DNA from: Smithella sp. | Lineage (GTDB): Bacteria > Desulfobacterota > Syntrophia > Syntrophales > Smithellaceae | Assembly (NCBI GenBank): GCA_049517435.1 | Contig: JBEKRZ010000003.1 | Location: 82,865 to 146,864 of the forward strand | Direction of reading: 5' to 3' | DNA: 64,000 nt | Shown: positions 1 to 9,867 of the stretch, piece by piece | How positions within the stretch are numbered: position 1 is the first letter of the stretch | How the letters are laid out: every line of letters starts with the position of its first letter | The notes under the pieces: generated by a model | Told to the model about the DNA's origin: nothing | Seen by the model: the letters and a program-made list of their open reading frames with translations, nothing else | Databases searched by the model: none | Position numbers and translations under genes: made by a program

Positions 1-17
1 CGCGACCCGGGGTTATA

Positions 18-98
18 CTAGTGAGTCCCAAGTTTCAGAAGCGAAGCGCGCTGAAATTTGTTGGACGAACTATCCCCTGAGTGAAGCGAATGGGGATT
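18..98 (-). repeat. Family C two-hairpin mini-element
   Basis: Reverse complement reads ATCCCC..GGGGAT-AGTTCGTCCAAC-hairpin-GGGACTCACTA; first hairpin nearly identical to 63615-63642. Confidence 0.75.
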
Positions 99-165
99 AG
101 GGAATGCAATTGAAAGCTAGAGGGATAAAATTCTAAAACCGTTATTTTATTTTCAGGAGATTTAT

Positions 166-567
166 ATGCCGGAAAGAAAAATTCGTGTGATGGTTGCCAA
201 ACCTGGGCTGGATGGCCATGACCGAGGCGCCCGTATTCTCGCTCGTTGTTTCCGCGATGCCGGATTTGAAGTTGTTTATACGGGCTGTCATCAAACGCCG
301 GAGCAAATCGCGGCGGCCGCTATTCAGGAAGATGTTGATTTAGTAGGTTTGAGCTGTCTTTCCGGCGCTCACCGTGTGCTTTTCCCGAGGGTTGTGGAAC
401 TTTTGCGCGAAAAAGACGCTCAGGATATTACCGTCATCGGCGGCGGAATAATTCCCGAACAGGATTTTCCTGCGCTTTACTCCTCGGGCATTAAGGCTAT
501 TTTCACTCCCGGCGCATCCCTCGATTCCATTGTGGAATGGATTAAAACAAATATAAAACCACACTAA
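166..567 (+). CDS. Cobalamin-binding subunit of methylmalonyl/isobutyryl-CoA mutase
   Basis: [11 protein letters not shown]12-binding motif, SxLSGAH, GGGIIP; RBS AGGAG. Confidence 0.93.
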   Translation: MPERKIRVMVAKPGLDGHDRGARILARCFRDAGFEVVYTGCHQTPEQIAAAAIQEDVDLVGLSCLSGAHRVLFPRVVELLREKDAQDITVIGGGIIPEQDFPALYSSGIKAIFTPGASLDSIVEWIKTNIKPH

Positions 568-594
568 AAGATCTTTTTAAACGGCAAAAAAGCT

Positions 595-1569
595 ATGGAA
601 TCTACTATAAAAAAAATCTGCGCGGGCGATGTCCGCTCGGCCTCTCGCCTCATCAGGGATATTGAAGATAAAATTCCCGAAGCCAAAGCTAAAATCAAAA
701 AACTTTACGCCTATACCGGCAAATCATTCATTATCGGGATAACCGGTGCACCGGGAGCGGGCAAGAGCACCTTGACTGACGCGCTGATCACCGAGTTGCG
801 AAAACAAAATAAAACTATCGGTGTGCTGGCCGTTGATCCGACCAGCCCTTTTACCGGCGGCGCGATTCTGGGTGATAGAATCCGCATGCAGCGCCATGCC
901 GAAGATCCCGGAGTTTTTGTCCGGTCGCTGGCCACACGCGGCGCATTGGGAGGCCTGTCCCAGGCCGTGGGCGATGCCATTCACGTCATGGAAGCAATGG
1001 GCAAAGATATAATTATTGTCGAAACCGTCGGCATCGGCCAGCAGGAAATTGACATCATCAATCACGCGCATAGCGTCGCAGTTGTTCTTGTTCCCGGAAT
1101 GGGCGATGAAATTCAAACTATGAAGGCCGGATTAATGGAAATAGCCGATATTTTCGTCATCAACAAAGCAAATCGCGCCGGCGCCAAACAACTACAAACG
1201 GAATTGACCTCGATGCTCAATTTATCGTCTAAAACCGCCGATGGCTGGAAGCCTCCAATTGTGATGATCGGCGATGCTTTCAAGCCGGATATTTTTATCG
1301 AAGATACCGCGAAGCTTACTAAAAAAATAGAAGAGCATCATGTTTACCTGCAACAAAGCGGCAAACTCACCGAAAGGATGCATCGCAAAGCGATGGCGGA
1401 AATAAAGGATGCGCTGAGTGCCTGCCTTCTGGAACCTGTTTTTGAATCGCTTACCACCAGCGGCGAGCTAAAGCGTTTCGCCGAAAAAATAAAATCCAGA
1501 AAAACCGATCCTTATTCCGTGGCGGAAGAAATTGCCCAAAGATTTTTCAAAAATAAGGAAGAAAAATGA
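595..1569 (+). CDS. meaB: MeaB/ArgK GTPase, mutase chaperone
   Basis: GITGAPGAGKST, AVDPTSPFTGGAILGDRIRM, ETVGIGQ, NKA motifs. Confidence 0.93.
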   Translation: MESTIKKICAGDVRSASRLIRDIEDKIPEAKAKIKKLYAYTGKSFIIGITGAPGAGKSTLTDALITELRKQNKTIGVLAVDPTSPFTGGAILGDRIRMQRHAEDPGVFVRSLATRGALGGLSQAVGDAIHVMEAMGKDIIIVETVGIGQQEIDIINHAHSVAVVLVPGMGDEIQTMKAGLMEIADIFVINKANRAGAKQLQTELTSMLNLSSKTADGWKPPIVMIGDAFKPDIFIEDTAKLTKKIEEHHVYLQQSGKLTERMHRKAMAEIKDALSACLLEPVFESLTTSGELKRFAEKIKSRKTDPYSVAEEIAQRFFKNKEEK

Positions 1570-2174
1570 AAATTGCAAAAAGCAAAAAAACACCTGTTTC
1601 CAAGACAATCACTAAAAAGAAATCTCCAGCCGTGAAAAAGCCTGTCATAAAAACAGCCAAAGGGTTGGTGATAGTAATTACAGGCAACGGCAAGGGAAAA
1701 ACAACCGCAGCTTTTGGCCAGGCTCTGCGCGCCATCGGTCAGGGCTACAAAGTTTTTGTTCTGCAATTTATGAAGGGAAGAAAATACGGCGAATTTATTG
1801 CTGCGGGAAAATATCTTCCCCGTTTAACCATACGCATGTCCGGTCTGGACAGCTTTGTCATGCGCGATAATCCCGCGGCCGTTGATATCGAATTGGCGCA
1901 AAAAGGATTGGCTGCGGCCCAAAAAGCAATCAACAGCGGGAAATATGACATGGTCATTCTCGACGAAATCAATGTGGCGCTGGATTTTAAACTCATTGAT
2001 TTACGCGAAGTAGTCAAGCTAATTAAAAACAAACCAGCAGGACTTGATCTCATCTTGACCGGCCGCTACGCGCCCAAGGAAATTATCAAACTTGCCGATA
2101 CCGTCAGCGAAGTTAAGGAAGTGAAACATCATTACAACGCGGGCATAAAGGACCGTGCGGGCATTGAGTATTAA
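1566..2174 (+). CDS. cobO: Cob(I)alamin adenosyltransferase CobO/BtuR
   Basis: TGNGKGKTTAAFG, QFMKG, LDEIN, LTGR, GIEY C-terminus. Confidence 0.92.
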   Translation: MKIAKSKKTPVSKTITKKKSPAVKKPVIKTAKGLVIVITGNGKGKTTAAFGQALRAIGQGYKVFVLQFMKGRKYGEFIAAGKYLPRLTIRMSGLDSFVMRDNPAAVDIELAQKGLAAAQKAINSGKYDMVILDEINVALDFKLIDLREVVKLIKNKPAGLDLILTGRYAPKEIIKLADTVSEVKEVKHHYNAGIKDRAGIEY

Positions 2175-2230
2175 TACCCGTTAGATTTGGTATTTTACGA
2201 ATTGATTAAAAAACTAAGGAGAATATAAAA

Positions 2231-2689
2231 ATGTTCGAACTAGTATCTGTAGAAAAGTTGAAACAAATGATCGGGTAGGACAATGGCATAAGCGATTGGG
2301 TGCTGATTGATCAGGAAAGAGTCAACCGCTTTGCCTATGCCACTGACGACCATCAGTGGATTCATGTGTACGTGGAGCAAGCAAAGAAAGGTCCCTTCGG
2401 CGGCACTATAGCGCACGGATTTTTAACCCTGTCCTTGATTCCCCTATTTGGCAGTTCTGGGAAATACCTGCCGGAAGGCATGAAGATGGTCGTAAATTAC
2501 GGCTTGAATAAAGTGCGTTTCATCGCTCCTGTTCTTGTCGGATCAAGAATACGTTCCAAGATGGTTATCTCCGGCGTTGAGGAAAAAGAACCTGGGCGAA
2601 TTCTTTTGACCACCACCCGCACAATAGAAATTGAAGGACAGGATAAGCCGGCTTGTGTTGCTGAATCACTGGCAATGTTCATAGTTTAA
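2231..2689 (+). pseudogene. MaoC-family dehydratase with in-frame TAG at codon 16
   Basis: RBS AAGGAG, ATG at 2231, TAG at 2276-2278, same frame continues into ATDDHQWIH and IAHGFLTLS MaoC motifs. Confidence 0.75.
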
Positions 2690-2708
2690 AAACTGAATAT
2701 AAAAAAAC

Positions 2709-2739
2709 ACCTCCGTTCCCTTTTTTCGAGAACGGAGGT
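2709..2739. terminator. Hairpin between convergent genes, probable terminator
   Basis: ACCTCCGTTC...GAACGGAGGT stem with A-run upstream. Confidence 0.55.
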
Positions 2740-2750
2740 TAAATTTTATT

Positions 2751-2889
2751 GTGAAACTCCAATTCTAATGAAACCCAGATATTACAAGCACAGCGAAGTA
2801 ATATCTGTAAGTTGAATTATCCCACGTGCGAAGCTAAGTGGGACTGCATATGATACCCTACAGCTTGCTGTGGGCTCATACCCGTGATT
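2751..2889 (-). repeat. Composite repeat: family C element plus family D palindrome
   Basis: 2751-2844 is a near-identical reverse complement of 12551-12644; 2852-2874 GATACCCTACAGCTTGCTGTGGG matches 52015-52037; 2876-2889 matches 12482-12495 inverted. Confidence 0.85.
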
Positions 2890-2906
2890 CAAACCAATCG
2901 TTGGTT

Positions 2907-3674
2907 TTATTCTCCCTTGAATTTCGGTTCGCGTTTTTCAAAGAATGCTGTCATTCCCTCTACTGCGTCAGCGCTCGTCTTTAGCTTTTCTATCCATTTC
3001 TTGTCAGAGGCAAGGCCTGCATCCATACCTTTTTCCAAACCAATAGCCATTCCCTCAAGAACCGCGCTCACAGCCAACGGAGGTCTTTTGGAAATCGCAA
3101 TCGCGTAATCCGTGGCTTCTTTCATTAAATTGGCGGCCGGGCAAACTTTATCAACAAGGCCAAGAGCCAGAGCTTCCGCTCCGTTGACTTTCTTGCTGAA
3201 AAAAATAAAATCCAAAGCTTTGGATTTGCCAATTATTTTCGGCATTCTCTGTACACCGCCCCAACCGGGGATAATGCCAAGATTAAGTTCCGGACATCCT
3301 ATAGCTGCTTTGGGGTTATCTGTCATGTAACGAAAATGGCAGGCCATTGCCAGTTCACAGCCACCGCCGAGAGCGTGTCCGTTTATAGCCGCGATAAAAG
3401 GCTTGGAGGAACGTTCGATTCGGTTATAAACATCAATGCCGTTGGGTCCTTTATCAATGTTCGCTATGTCAGAAACATCCATGCCCGCGCAAAAAGCCTT
3501 TTCCCCAGAACCGGTAATAATGACAACTCTGGTATCCTTGCTTTTCTCCACCTCAGTTACGAGCTGATCCAGTTCTTCGCGTATGCCCAGATTTACAGAG
3601 TTCATTGGCGGACGATTCAGTGTAACGGTAGTTACGAAATCTTTTGTTGAAACGGTAATGTTATTATAAGCCAT
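2907..3674 (-). CDS. Enoyl-CoA hydratase/crotonase
   Basis: AFCAGMD, GHALGGGCEL, PELNLGIIPGWGG; start placed at ATG after GGAGG. Confidence 0.92.
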   Translation of the reverse strand: MAYNNITVSTKDFVTTVTLNRPPMNSVNLGIREELDQLVTEVEKSKDTRVVIITGSGEKAFCAGMDVSDIANIDKGPNGIDVYNRIERSSKPFIAAINGHALGGGCELAMACHFRYMTDNPKAAIGCPELNLGIIPGWGGVQRMPKIIGKSKALDFIFFSKKVNGAEALALGLVDKVCPAANLMKEATDYAIAISKRPPLAVSAVLEGMAIGLEKGMDAGLASDKKWIEKLKTSADAVEGMTAFFEKREPKFKGE

Positions 3675-3808
3675 ATTTATCCTCCTATTTTTTATTTGCA
3701 ATAATGATGGTGAAATTATTGTTTATGTTTTCTTCTTTAACAAAAATACAAAACATGTCAAGTATAATCAAATGATTATCGAGCGGAATATTTCCATGGC
3801 GATGAATA

Positions 3809-5671
3809 TTACTTAATCTTTTCGGGTTTCACCGCACACACATTCTTATCGGTATTCTGTTCAAAGTACTCTTTGATCTTCAGCCGGACAGTTTCGGGGA
3901 TCTTGATGCCGATGTCTTTTATCCGGCTTTCATATTTTTTGAATGAACGGGTGTGCTGCGACGTATTGATGAATATCTGGAAATAGGAACGAATGCTTCC
4001 CTCAATCTCTGTTCTGAATTCTATGTCCTGATTTAGCAGATCCTCCACCGGAGCGATGAAGCGATAGTTGATAGGCCGACAGATGGAGCGGTAAGCAACA
4101 AAGCGCATCATCATTTCATCTTCATAATTCTTTTCCCTGATGGCTTTCTCCACAATATTGAGATCAATAGTGTCCAAAATCTGAAAAGCATACCGGGGGC
4201 TTAAGGTTTTCTCGATAATCTTTTCGGCATTTTTATATTGATTGCAGGTATTGATGTCTCCTTCAAAATCAGGATCACACCGAACATAGATCACAAAGTC
4301 AATATCGGAAGTGTTTTCACAAAGTCCCATATTTGTGGAACCCATTATATCCATTGCTATATCGGAGCCGCGGCTGAACTGCTGGTCGCAGGCCAGTCTA
4401 TTCAAGTTGCTTGTTCTGCCGCCGTAGGCGGTTGAGCGAGCGACTTTCAGACGCGGCTCCGTTCGTCCGACCGCGTATGCGGTCGGACGAACATCGTGAA
4501 TACCTTCTTCTATTAAATGAACAACCTCTTCGAGCTTGTTTAGACGTTCTTCTGTTTCTTCCGTTTGGAACATGCGGTAAAACTGTTTAATATCATTGTA
4601 GAGTCGTACTTCAGGAATATGAGAGTATTTTTCTGTTTTTGAATCGAAGTTTTCGCCCTGCTTGCGGGCTTTGTAACGTCCGGCATCAACAATCGTTTCT
4701 TGCCAATGTCCGTCGTTTTGAGGATAGTAATCGGCAATGTCATGGATACGATCTTCAACAAGCTTCTTGAAGATGATTTTAGAAATATTTCTGCCTTCCA
4801 TTTCGATAGTGTAGAAGAAGCCGCCTTCCGCAACACCGCCTGTCAGGGTTGTCACTTCTCCGAAATTAGATGGGTTTAAATAGATGGTTTCCTCGCTGAT
4901 CTGAAACCCCCAATCCATATGGACATGACCTGTCATACACAGAAGGACGGGATTGTTATCGCAGTAATGGCGTAGAGCCGGTGAGCCGGATGTTCCGAAT
5001 TGGTTTACCCGGTCATGAATACCGTGCGCCGGTTGATGGCTTACAATTATATCGGGCCTTACGGCTTTGAAAAAATTATACATTTCGTTGCGGCCGCTTT
5101 CAACATCCGCGCTTCCTCCATAAGGCACTACGTAACGTTCGGGAATCCCCGGAGTCCAGATGTTGGCTCCGCCGTAGCCGGCAACCCTTAAGCCGCGCAT
5201 GTCATGCCAGTGCAGGTGGAGGTCGCGTTCATGGAGCGACGTATATTTCAAATCCATGTCATAATTGCCGGGCAAGGCAAATATCTGGGACTTCTGTTTC
5301 ATTACCAAGATATTCTCCAAAACCTTGTATTTTTGTTGAAGTACCCGGCGAGCGCGAATTGTGTAGCGCTGATATTTTGTGCCTTTTTCTTCAATCTCTT
5401 CAGAATTTTTAGGCGTATTAATCAACTCATCCACAAAATCTTCGATGACCATACTTTCTTTTTGCATTCTGACACGCAAGCCGTGAAAATAGGATTGAAG
5501 CTCATGGTAATTGATTGCTGTACTCATGTTGTAGAAGGGGATATCAATGAGATCACCCGCAATGATATAGACATCCGCCACTGTTTCGGACAACAAAGTT
5601 TTAACACGGTCAAAGGCACCGTGAATATCAGCCACATAAATGATTCTCATATTTGAATACCGGGCACCCAT
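3809..5671 (-). CDS. Metallophosphoesterase fused to C-terminal Pol-beta-type nucleotidyltransferase domain
   Basis: DIHG, AGD, GNYD, SH, GHVH calcineurin-like motifs; MGS-x9-DID NTase motif; carries a 44-codon repeat insertion. Confidence 0.75.
   Translation of the reverse strand: MGARYSNMRIIYVADIHGAFDRVKTLLSETVADVYIIAGDLIDIPFYNMSTAINYHELQSYFHGLRVRMQKESMVIEDFVDELINTPKNSEEIEEKGTKYQRYTIRARRVLQQKYKVLENILVMKQKSQIFALPGNYDMDLKYTSLHERDLHLHWHDMRGLRVAGYGGANIWTPGIPERYVVPYGGSADVESGRNEMYNFFKAVRPDIIVSHQPAHGIHDRVNQFGTSGSPALRHYCDNNPVLLCMTGHVHMDWGFQISEETIYLNPSNFGEVTTLTGGVAEGGFFYTIEMEGRNISKIIFKKLVEDRIHDIADYYPQNDGHWQETIVDAGRYKARKQGENFDSKTEKYSHIPEVRLYNDIKQFYRMFQTEETEERLNKLEEVVHLIEEGIHDVRPTAYAVGRTEPRLKVARSTAYGGRTSNLNRLACDQQFSRGSDIAMDIMGSTNMGLCENTSDIDFVIYVRCDPDFEGDINTCNQYKNAEKIIEKTLSPRYAFQILDTIDLNIVEKAIREKNYEDEMMMRFVAYRSICRPINYRFIAPVEDLLNQDIEFRTEIEGSIRSYFQIFINTSQHTRSFKKYESRIKDIGIKIPETVRLKIKEYFEQNTDKNVCAVKPEKIK
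4365..4496. mobile_element. 132-bp palindromic element inserted in frame in a CDS
   Basis: ATCG direct repeats at 4361 and 4493; arms GGAGCCGCGGCTGAA/TTCAGACGCGGCTCC; second palindrome GTTCGTCCGACCGC-GTAT-GCGGTCGGACGAAC. Confidence 0.8.
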
Positions 5672-5861
5672 TTAAACATAAATGATATTTAATATTAATA
5701 TAGCAACTAGTAAGAAAATTTAAAAGGGGATATAAACTTCGTCTATAATGATAACACAGTTTCATCAATTCGGCGCTGATAATTTAAAATATCAAATTTT
5801 TGAAAATAGTATCTACTTTTAAGTAATAATTATTATCTTGCGGCGCATTCCGCCTTAAAGG

Positions 5862-5889
5862 TTGACATAAATTGTTGATGATATATAAT
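5862..5889 (+). promoter_or_regulatory. Sigma70-type promoter
   Basis: TTGACA-N16-TATAAT upstream of the USP gene. Confidence 0.6.
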
Positions 5890-5914
5890 TTCCGATAATT
5901 ATTCGGAGGTAGTT

Positions 5915-6325
5915 ATGCTGAATTTCAAGAATATTTTATATCCAATTGATCTGGATTCAAAAAATGTTTCTTCGGTAGTGAAGGCTTTAGAATTTGCGCA
6001 AACGCTTAAAAGCCCAATACATATCTTGTACGTCAACGACATGCAAGCCGGTTATCGCCATCCTGCTGATCATGAGGATGCGGTAGCCTTAAGAGTAAAA
6101 GAAATTGTTCCTGCTGAATTACTGGAAAACCAAAAAATCATATATGCCAGCTCCAAAGGCGCTTTGGATAAAGAAATCGTAAAATATTGCGAAAAAAATA
6201 ATATCGATTTGATAATAACCGGACACAAGCACAGAAACAAATTATATTCTATTTTTTTTGATAGTCCTGATGAAAATATTATTGACGCTATTAATTTGCC
6301 TGTTTTAATAATTCCCGAAAATTAG
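5915..6325 (+). CDS. Universal stress protein (USP)
   Basis: FKNILYPID start, EIVKY..IDLIITG, LPVLII end. Confidence 0.85.
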   Translation: MLNFKNILYPIDLDSKNVSSVVKALEFAQTLKSPIHILYVNDMQAGYRHPADHEDAVALRVKEIVPAELLENQKIIYASSKGALDKEIVKYCEKNNIDLIITGHKHRNKLYSIFFDSPDENIIDAINLPVLIIPEN

Positions 6326-6336
6326 AATAATAATAT

Positions 6337-7800
6337 ATGTGTAAAATTGAAAACAACCTCCAGAAAATATTTGGCCGCTTTTTATCCATAATATTAATTT
6401 TATTATTCCTTGTTCCGGCTACCGGCCTTGCCAATACGTCCGCGACAAATTTACCGGCCAGCGATATTGGCGCTCTTCTTCCATTCTGGTCTATGTTGCC
6501 ATTTGCCGGTATTTTATTTTCCATAGCATTAATTCCGTTATTTGCGCCCCATTTTTGGAGTCATCATTTCAAAAAAGTTTCGGCATTTTGGGGTTTGATT
6601 TTTGCAGTGCCGTTTTTGTATTTTTTCCGGGAAGTCGCCGTTCGTGAGATAGCGCGTATTATCATCATCGATTACATTCCCTTCATTTTGCTGCTATGGT
6701 CCTTATTTACCGTTTCCGGCGGTATTCATGTCAAAGGGACATTGAAAGGATCGCCCGGTGTTAATACGTTTATACTGTTGATCGGCACCATCCTGGCATC
6801 ATTCATCGGCACTACAGGCGCATCCATGTTAATGATCAGACCAATATTGCGCTCCAATGCTTGGCGTCAATATAAGGTTCATACGGTAGTATTTTTTATT
6901 TTTCTAGTCAGCAATATTGGCGGAGTTCTGACACCGCTGGGCGATCCGCCATTATTTCTTGGTTTTTTGCATGGCGTTCCCTTCTCCTGGACATTAAAAC
7001 TACTACCACAGATGATCTTTGCCTGTGTTATACTTCTGGGCATGTATTTTATTTTAGATACATTCTATTACAAAAAAGAAAATAAACCCACCATGCAAAG
7101 CCTGGAAGTAGAACCTTTGAAAATAAAAGGTGTCCACAATTTTGTATTTCTTACGGGAATAATCAGCGGAGTTTTATTCAGTGGCATGGTTAAACTTGGC
7201 GAAGTAAATATTTTCGGCATTCATCAATCCTTTGAAAACTTGATCAGAGATGCCATCTTGATCATTATGGGACTCTTATCGCTGGTTTCAACAAAAAAAG
7301 AAATCAGGCAAGATAATGAGTTTACCTGGGCCCCCATATTAGAAGTAACGTATCTCTTTGCGGGTATCTTTATGACCATTATCCCGGCACTAGCGATTCT
7401 GAAAGCAGGCGAAAAAGGAGCATTAGCATTATTTATAAAATCAATAAACACTCCGGCGCAATATTTCTGGGCTTCAGGTGTAATTTCAAGTTTCCTGGAT
7501 AATGCTCCCACATACTTGACCTTTTTAAATAGCGAGATCGGCAAGTTTTATCCGGGAATGCCGGAAACTCAGGCGGTTGCCCGGCTGATTGTAGAAAGAA
7601 TTAATTATCTTATGGCAGTATCAGCCGGAGCAGTCTTTATGGGAGCAAATACCTATATCGGCAATGCGCCCAATTTTATGGTCAAGTCTATCGCCGAAGA
7701 AGCCGGTGTGAAGATGCCGAGTTTCTTTGGATACATGTTTAAATACTCCATACCCATTTTAGTGGTTTTATTCATTATAATGACTTTTATATTCTTTTAA
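6337..7800 (+). CDS. Ion-transporter superfamily protein (putative Na+/H+ antiporter or citrate transporter)
   Basis: Many TM helices; SNIGGVLTPLGDPP, SSFLDNAPTY, TYIGNAPNFMV motifs. Confidence 0.8.
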   Translation: MCKIENNLQKIFGRFLSIILILLFLVPATGLANTSATNLPASDIGALLPFWSMLPFAGILFSIALIPLFAPHFWSHHFKKVSAFWGLIFAVPFLYFFREVAVREIARIIIIDYIPFILLLWSLFTVSGGIHVKGTLKGSPGVNTFILLIGTILASFIGTTGASMLMIRPILRSNAWRQYKVHTVVFFIFLVSNIGGVLTPLGDPPLFLGFLHGVPFSWTLKLLPQMIFACVILLGMYFILDTFYYKKENKPTMQSLEVEPLKIKGVHNFVFLTGIISGVLFSGMVKLGEVNIFGIHQSFENLIRDAILIIMGLLSLVSTKKEIRQDNEFTWAPILEVTYLFAGIFMTIIPALAILKAGEKGALALFIKSINTPAQYFWASGVISSFLDNAPTYLTFLNSEIGKFYPGMPETQAVARLIVERINYLMAVSAGAVFMGANTYIGNAPNFMVKSIAEEAGVKMPSFFGYMFKYSIPILVVLFIIMTFIFF

Positions 7801-7933
7801 CACTGTAAGACCTTGATTTTCTAAAAATAATTACTATTTTATCCATAAAGAAAATATTTCTTGAAGATACCCCGGAAAGCAGATATAGACCGCTTAACCG
7901 ACATATGGATATATGTTTTTGGAAGGAGTAAAT

Positions 7934-8785
7934 ATGGCCGCAACACTGCGTAAATCTTTGAAAACAATAGAGGATTACAAATCAGCCAATCCTCATTACA
8001 CTGAACTTTTAGATATAATGGCTGACATTTTAATTTTGCGGGAAGAATACCGCAATAGCATGAAAAATCCCATTTTTAGTGTGGAAGAAAATTTAATCAC
8101 TCAAAAAATGGAGGGGGGACTTCCCTTAATTGATTTTACGGGAAAGGAGTATGATTTAACGCGTCCCAAAGAATATTTTAATTCACTAATTTCCATTGCT
8201 GAAAAAAGAATGCCCGAAGTGGCGCAAAACATTATCGACATAATTAAAAATCATGAATTTGATTGGGAAAAAATGATTCGAGCTTCTTTCGACTGCAAAG
8301 TTGAAGAAACTGGTGCTCAAGAGTTACTGACAGGCCGAGAATCTGAAGAAAATATTGATTTAATTGATCTTTTCACCGAAGAAAGTTTAAGGCCGGAACT
8401 GGAAAGTATTGCTGAAAAATACGGGGAAATAGTAGAAAAATCGAACTGGTCGGAAGGATACTGTCCCATTTGCGGCAAAGAACCTAAAATTGGTGAAATC
8501 AGGGACGAGGAAGAAGGAAGGCGTTATTTGTTTTGTCATCAGTGCGGCTTTAAATGGCATTTCCACCGGATCAAATGTCCATTTTGCGGCAACGAAGAAC
8601 AGCATTCTCTCGCTTATTTTGAAGTGGAAGGTGAAGAGCGTTACCGGGTGGATGTCTGTAACAAGTGCCGGCGCTATATAAAAACCGTTGAATTTTCTAA
8701 GTCAAGCGAAGAACCAAACCTTGACGTTGAAGATATTGCTACTTTGCACCTAGATATGATTGCTTACGACGAAGGTTACAATTAA
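7934..8785 (+). CDS. fdhE: Formate dehydrogenase accessory protein FdhE
   Basis: CPICG, RYLFCHQC, CPFCGN, DVCNKCRRYIK, DIATLHLD. Confidence 0.88.
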   Translation: MAATLRKSLKTIEDYKSANPHYTELLDIMADILILREEYRNSMKNPIFSVEENLITQKMEGGLPLIDFTGKEYDLTRPKEYFNSLISIAEKRMPEVAQNIIDIIKNHEFDWEKMIRASFDCKVEETGAQELLTGRESEENIDLIDLFTEESLRPELESIAEKYGEIVEKSNWSEGYCPICGKEPKIGEIRDEEEGRRYLFCHQCGFKWHFHRIKCPFCGNEEQHSLAYFEVEGEERYRVDVCNKCRRYIKTVEFSKSSEEPNLDVEDIATLHLDMIAYDEGYN

Positions 8786-8900
8786 TCTTAAACCTACGCA
8801 GGCTATAACTTTGTTTAAGCATTTTAAGTTTCCCCTGATAACTTAAAAGCACAAAAACAATTGAAATATCTTTAATATAAATATTGTAATTGGCAGTTAA

Positions 8901-9081
8901 GTGGGGCACCCTCCGTAAGGAGCCTGAGGCTCCTTGCAATAATGAGACCCAATCTTCAGAAATAAAGTGCACTGAAGCTTGCAGGTCGAATTATCCCGCG
9001 AAGCAGAGGATAACGTAACCTCCCGCGGGTTAAGGCGCATTCTTCCTCAGGCTAGAGCAGGGGGATTCCAAGCCGCGGGAT
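8901..9081 (-). repeat. Family C element (8940-9010) flanked by two further hairpins
   Basis: 8967-9010 is the inverted match of 12499-12542; flanking stems AAGGAGCC/GGCTCCTT and TCCCGCGG/CCGCGGGA. Confidence 0.7.
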
Positions 9082-9180
9082 TAAAATATTCTTAATTACA
9101 CTACCGCCCGTCTTTTAGTATTAGCTCGCTCGTAATTAAACATCATCCTTAAAAAGATAAGAAAATTCAGCCTCCTGCCC

Positions 9181-9209
9181 TTGACAGTAGATAAACCCGT
9201 AAATATATT
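9181..9209 (+). promoter_or_regulatory. Sigma70-type promoter of gmhA-grpE-dnaK
   Basis: TTGACA-N17-TATATT. Confidence 0.55.
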
Positions 9210-9258
9210 AAAGCCACTTTGCTGGATATAATTTTGAAGGGACTCCGGATATGTAAAT

Positions 9259-9843
9259 ATGGAAGATCACATAATAAAAACTTTCAAGGAAAGCAGTCGC
9301 GTCAAAGATACTTTTATTAATGAAAATCTAAGCAAGTTGGTTAATGTTATCGAAGCACTGACTGCCGCGCTAAAAGCGGGCAATAAAATTTTGCTTTTCG
9401 GTAATGGTGGTTCGGCTGCCGACGCGCAGCATATTGCCGCGGAATTTGTGAATCGTTTCATAATAGAACGTCCACCTCTTCCTGCCATAGCCTTGACCAC
9501 CGATACTTCCGTAATTACCAGCATCGGCAACGACTATGATTTCTCCGAAATATTCAGCAAACAAATCAGGGCAATCGGTCAACCGGGAGATGTCGCCTGG
9601 GGTATTAGCACCAGCGGCAATTCCGCCAATGTTTTAAAAGGTCTGGAAATGGCCAAAAAGATGGGACTGATAACTGTCGCTTTTACCGGCAAGGACGGAG
9701 GGGACATTGCGAAGATGGTTGATTTTTCCATTCATGTGTCTTCCTCCAGTACTGCGCGTATTCAGGAAACGCATATTACAGCTGGTCATGCTATTTGTGA
9801 ATTAGTAGATATAAAACTTTTTCAAAAACCTGATTTGAAATAA
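9259..9843 (+). CDS. gmhA: Phosphoheptose isomerase
   Basis: GNGGSAADAQH, NDY, STSGNS, RIQETH. Confidence 0.95.
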   Translation: MEDHIIKTFKESSRVKDTFINENLSKLVNVIEALTAALKAGNKILLFGNGGSAADAQHIAAEFVNRFIIERPPLPAIALTTDTSVITSIGNDYDFSEIFSKQIRAIGQPGDVAWGISTSGNSANVLKGLEMAKKMGLITVAFTGKDGGDIAKMVDFSIHVSSSSTARIQETHITAGHAICELVDIKLFQKPDLK

Positions 9844-9867
9844 TAAGAACTTTTTTCAGAGGTAAGG

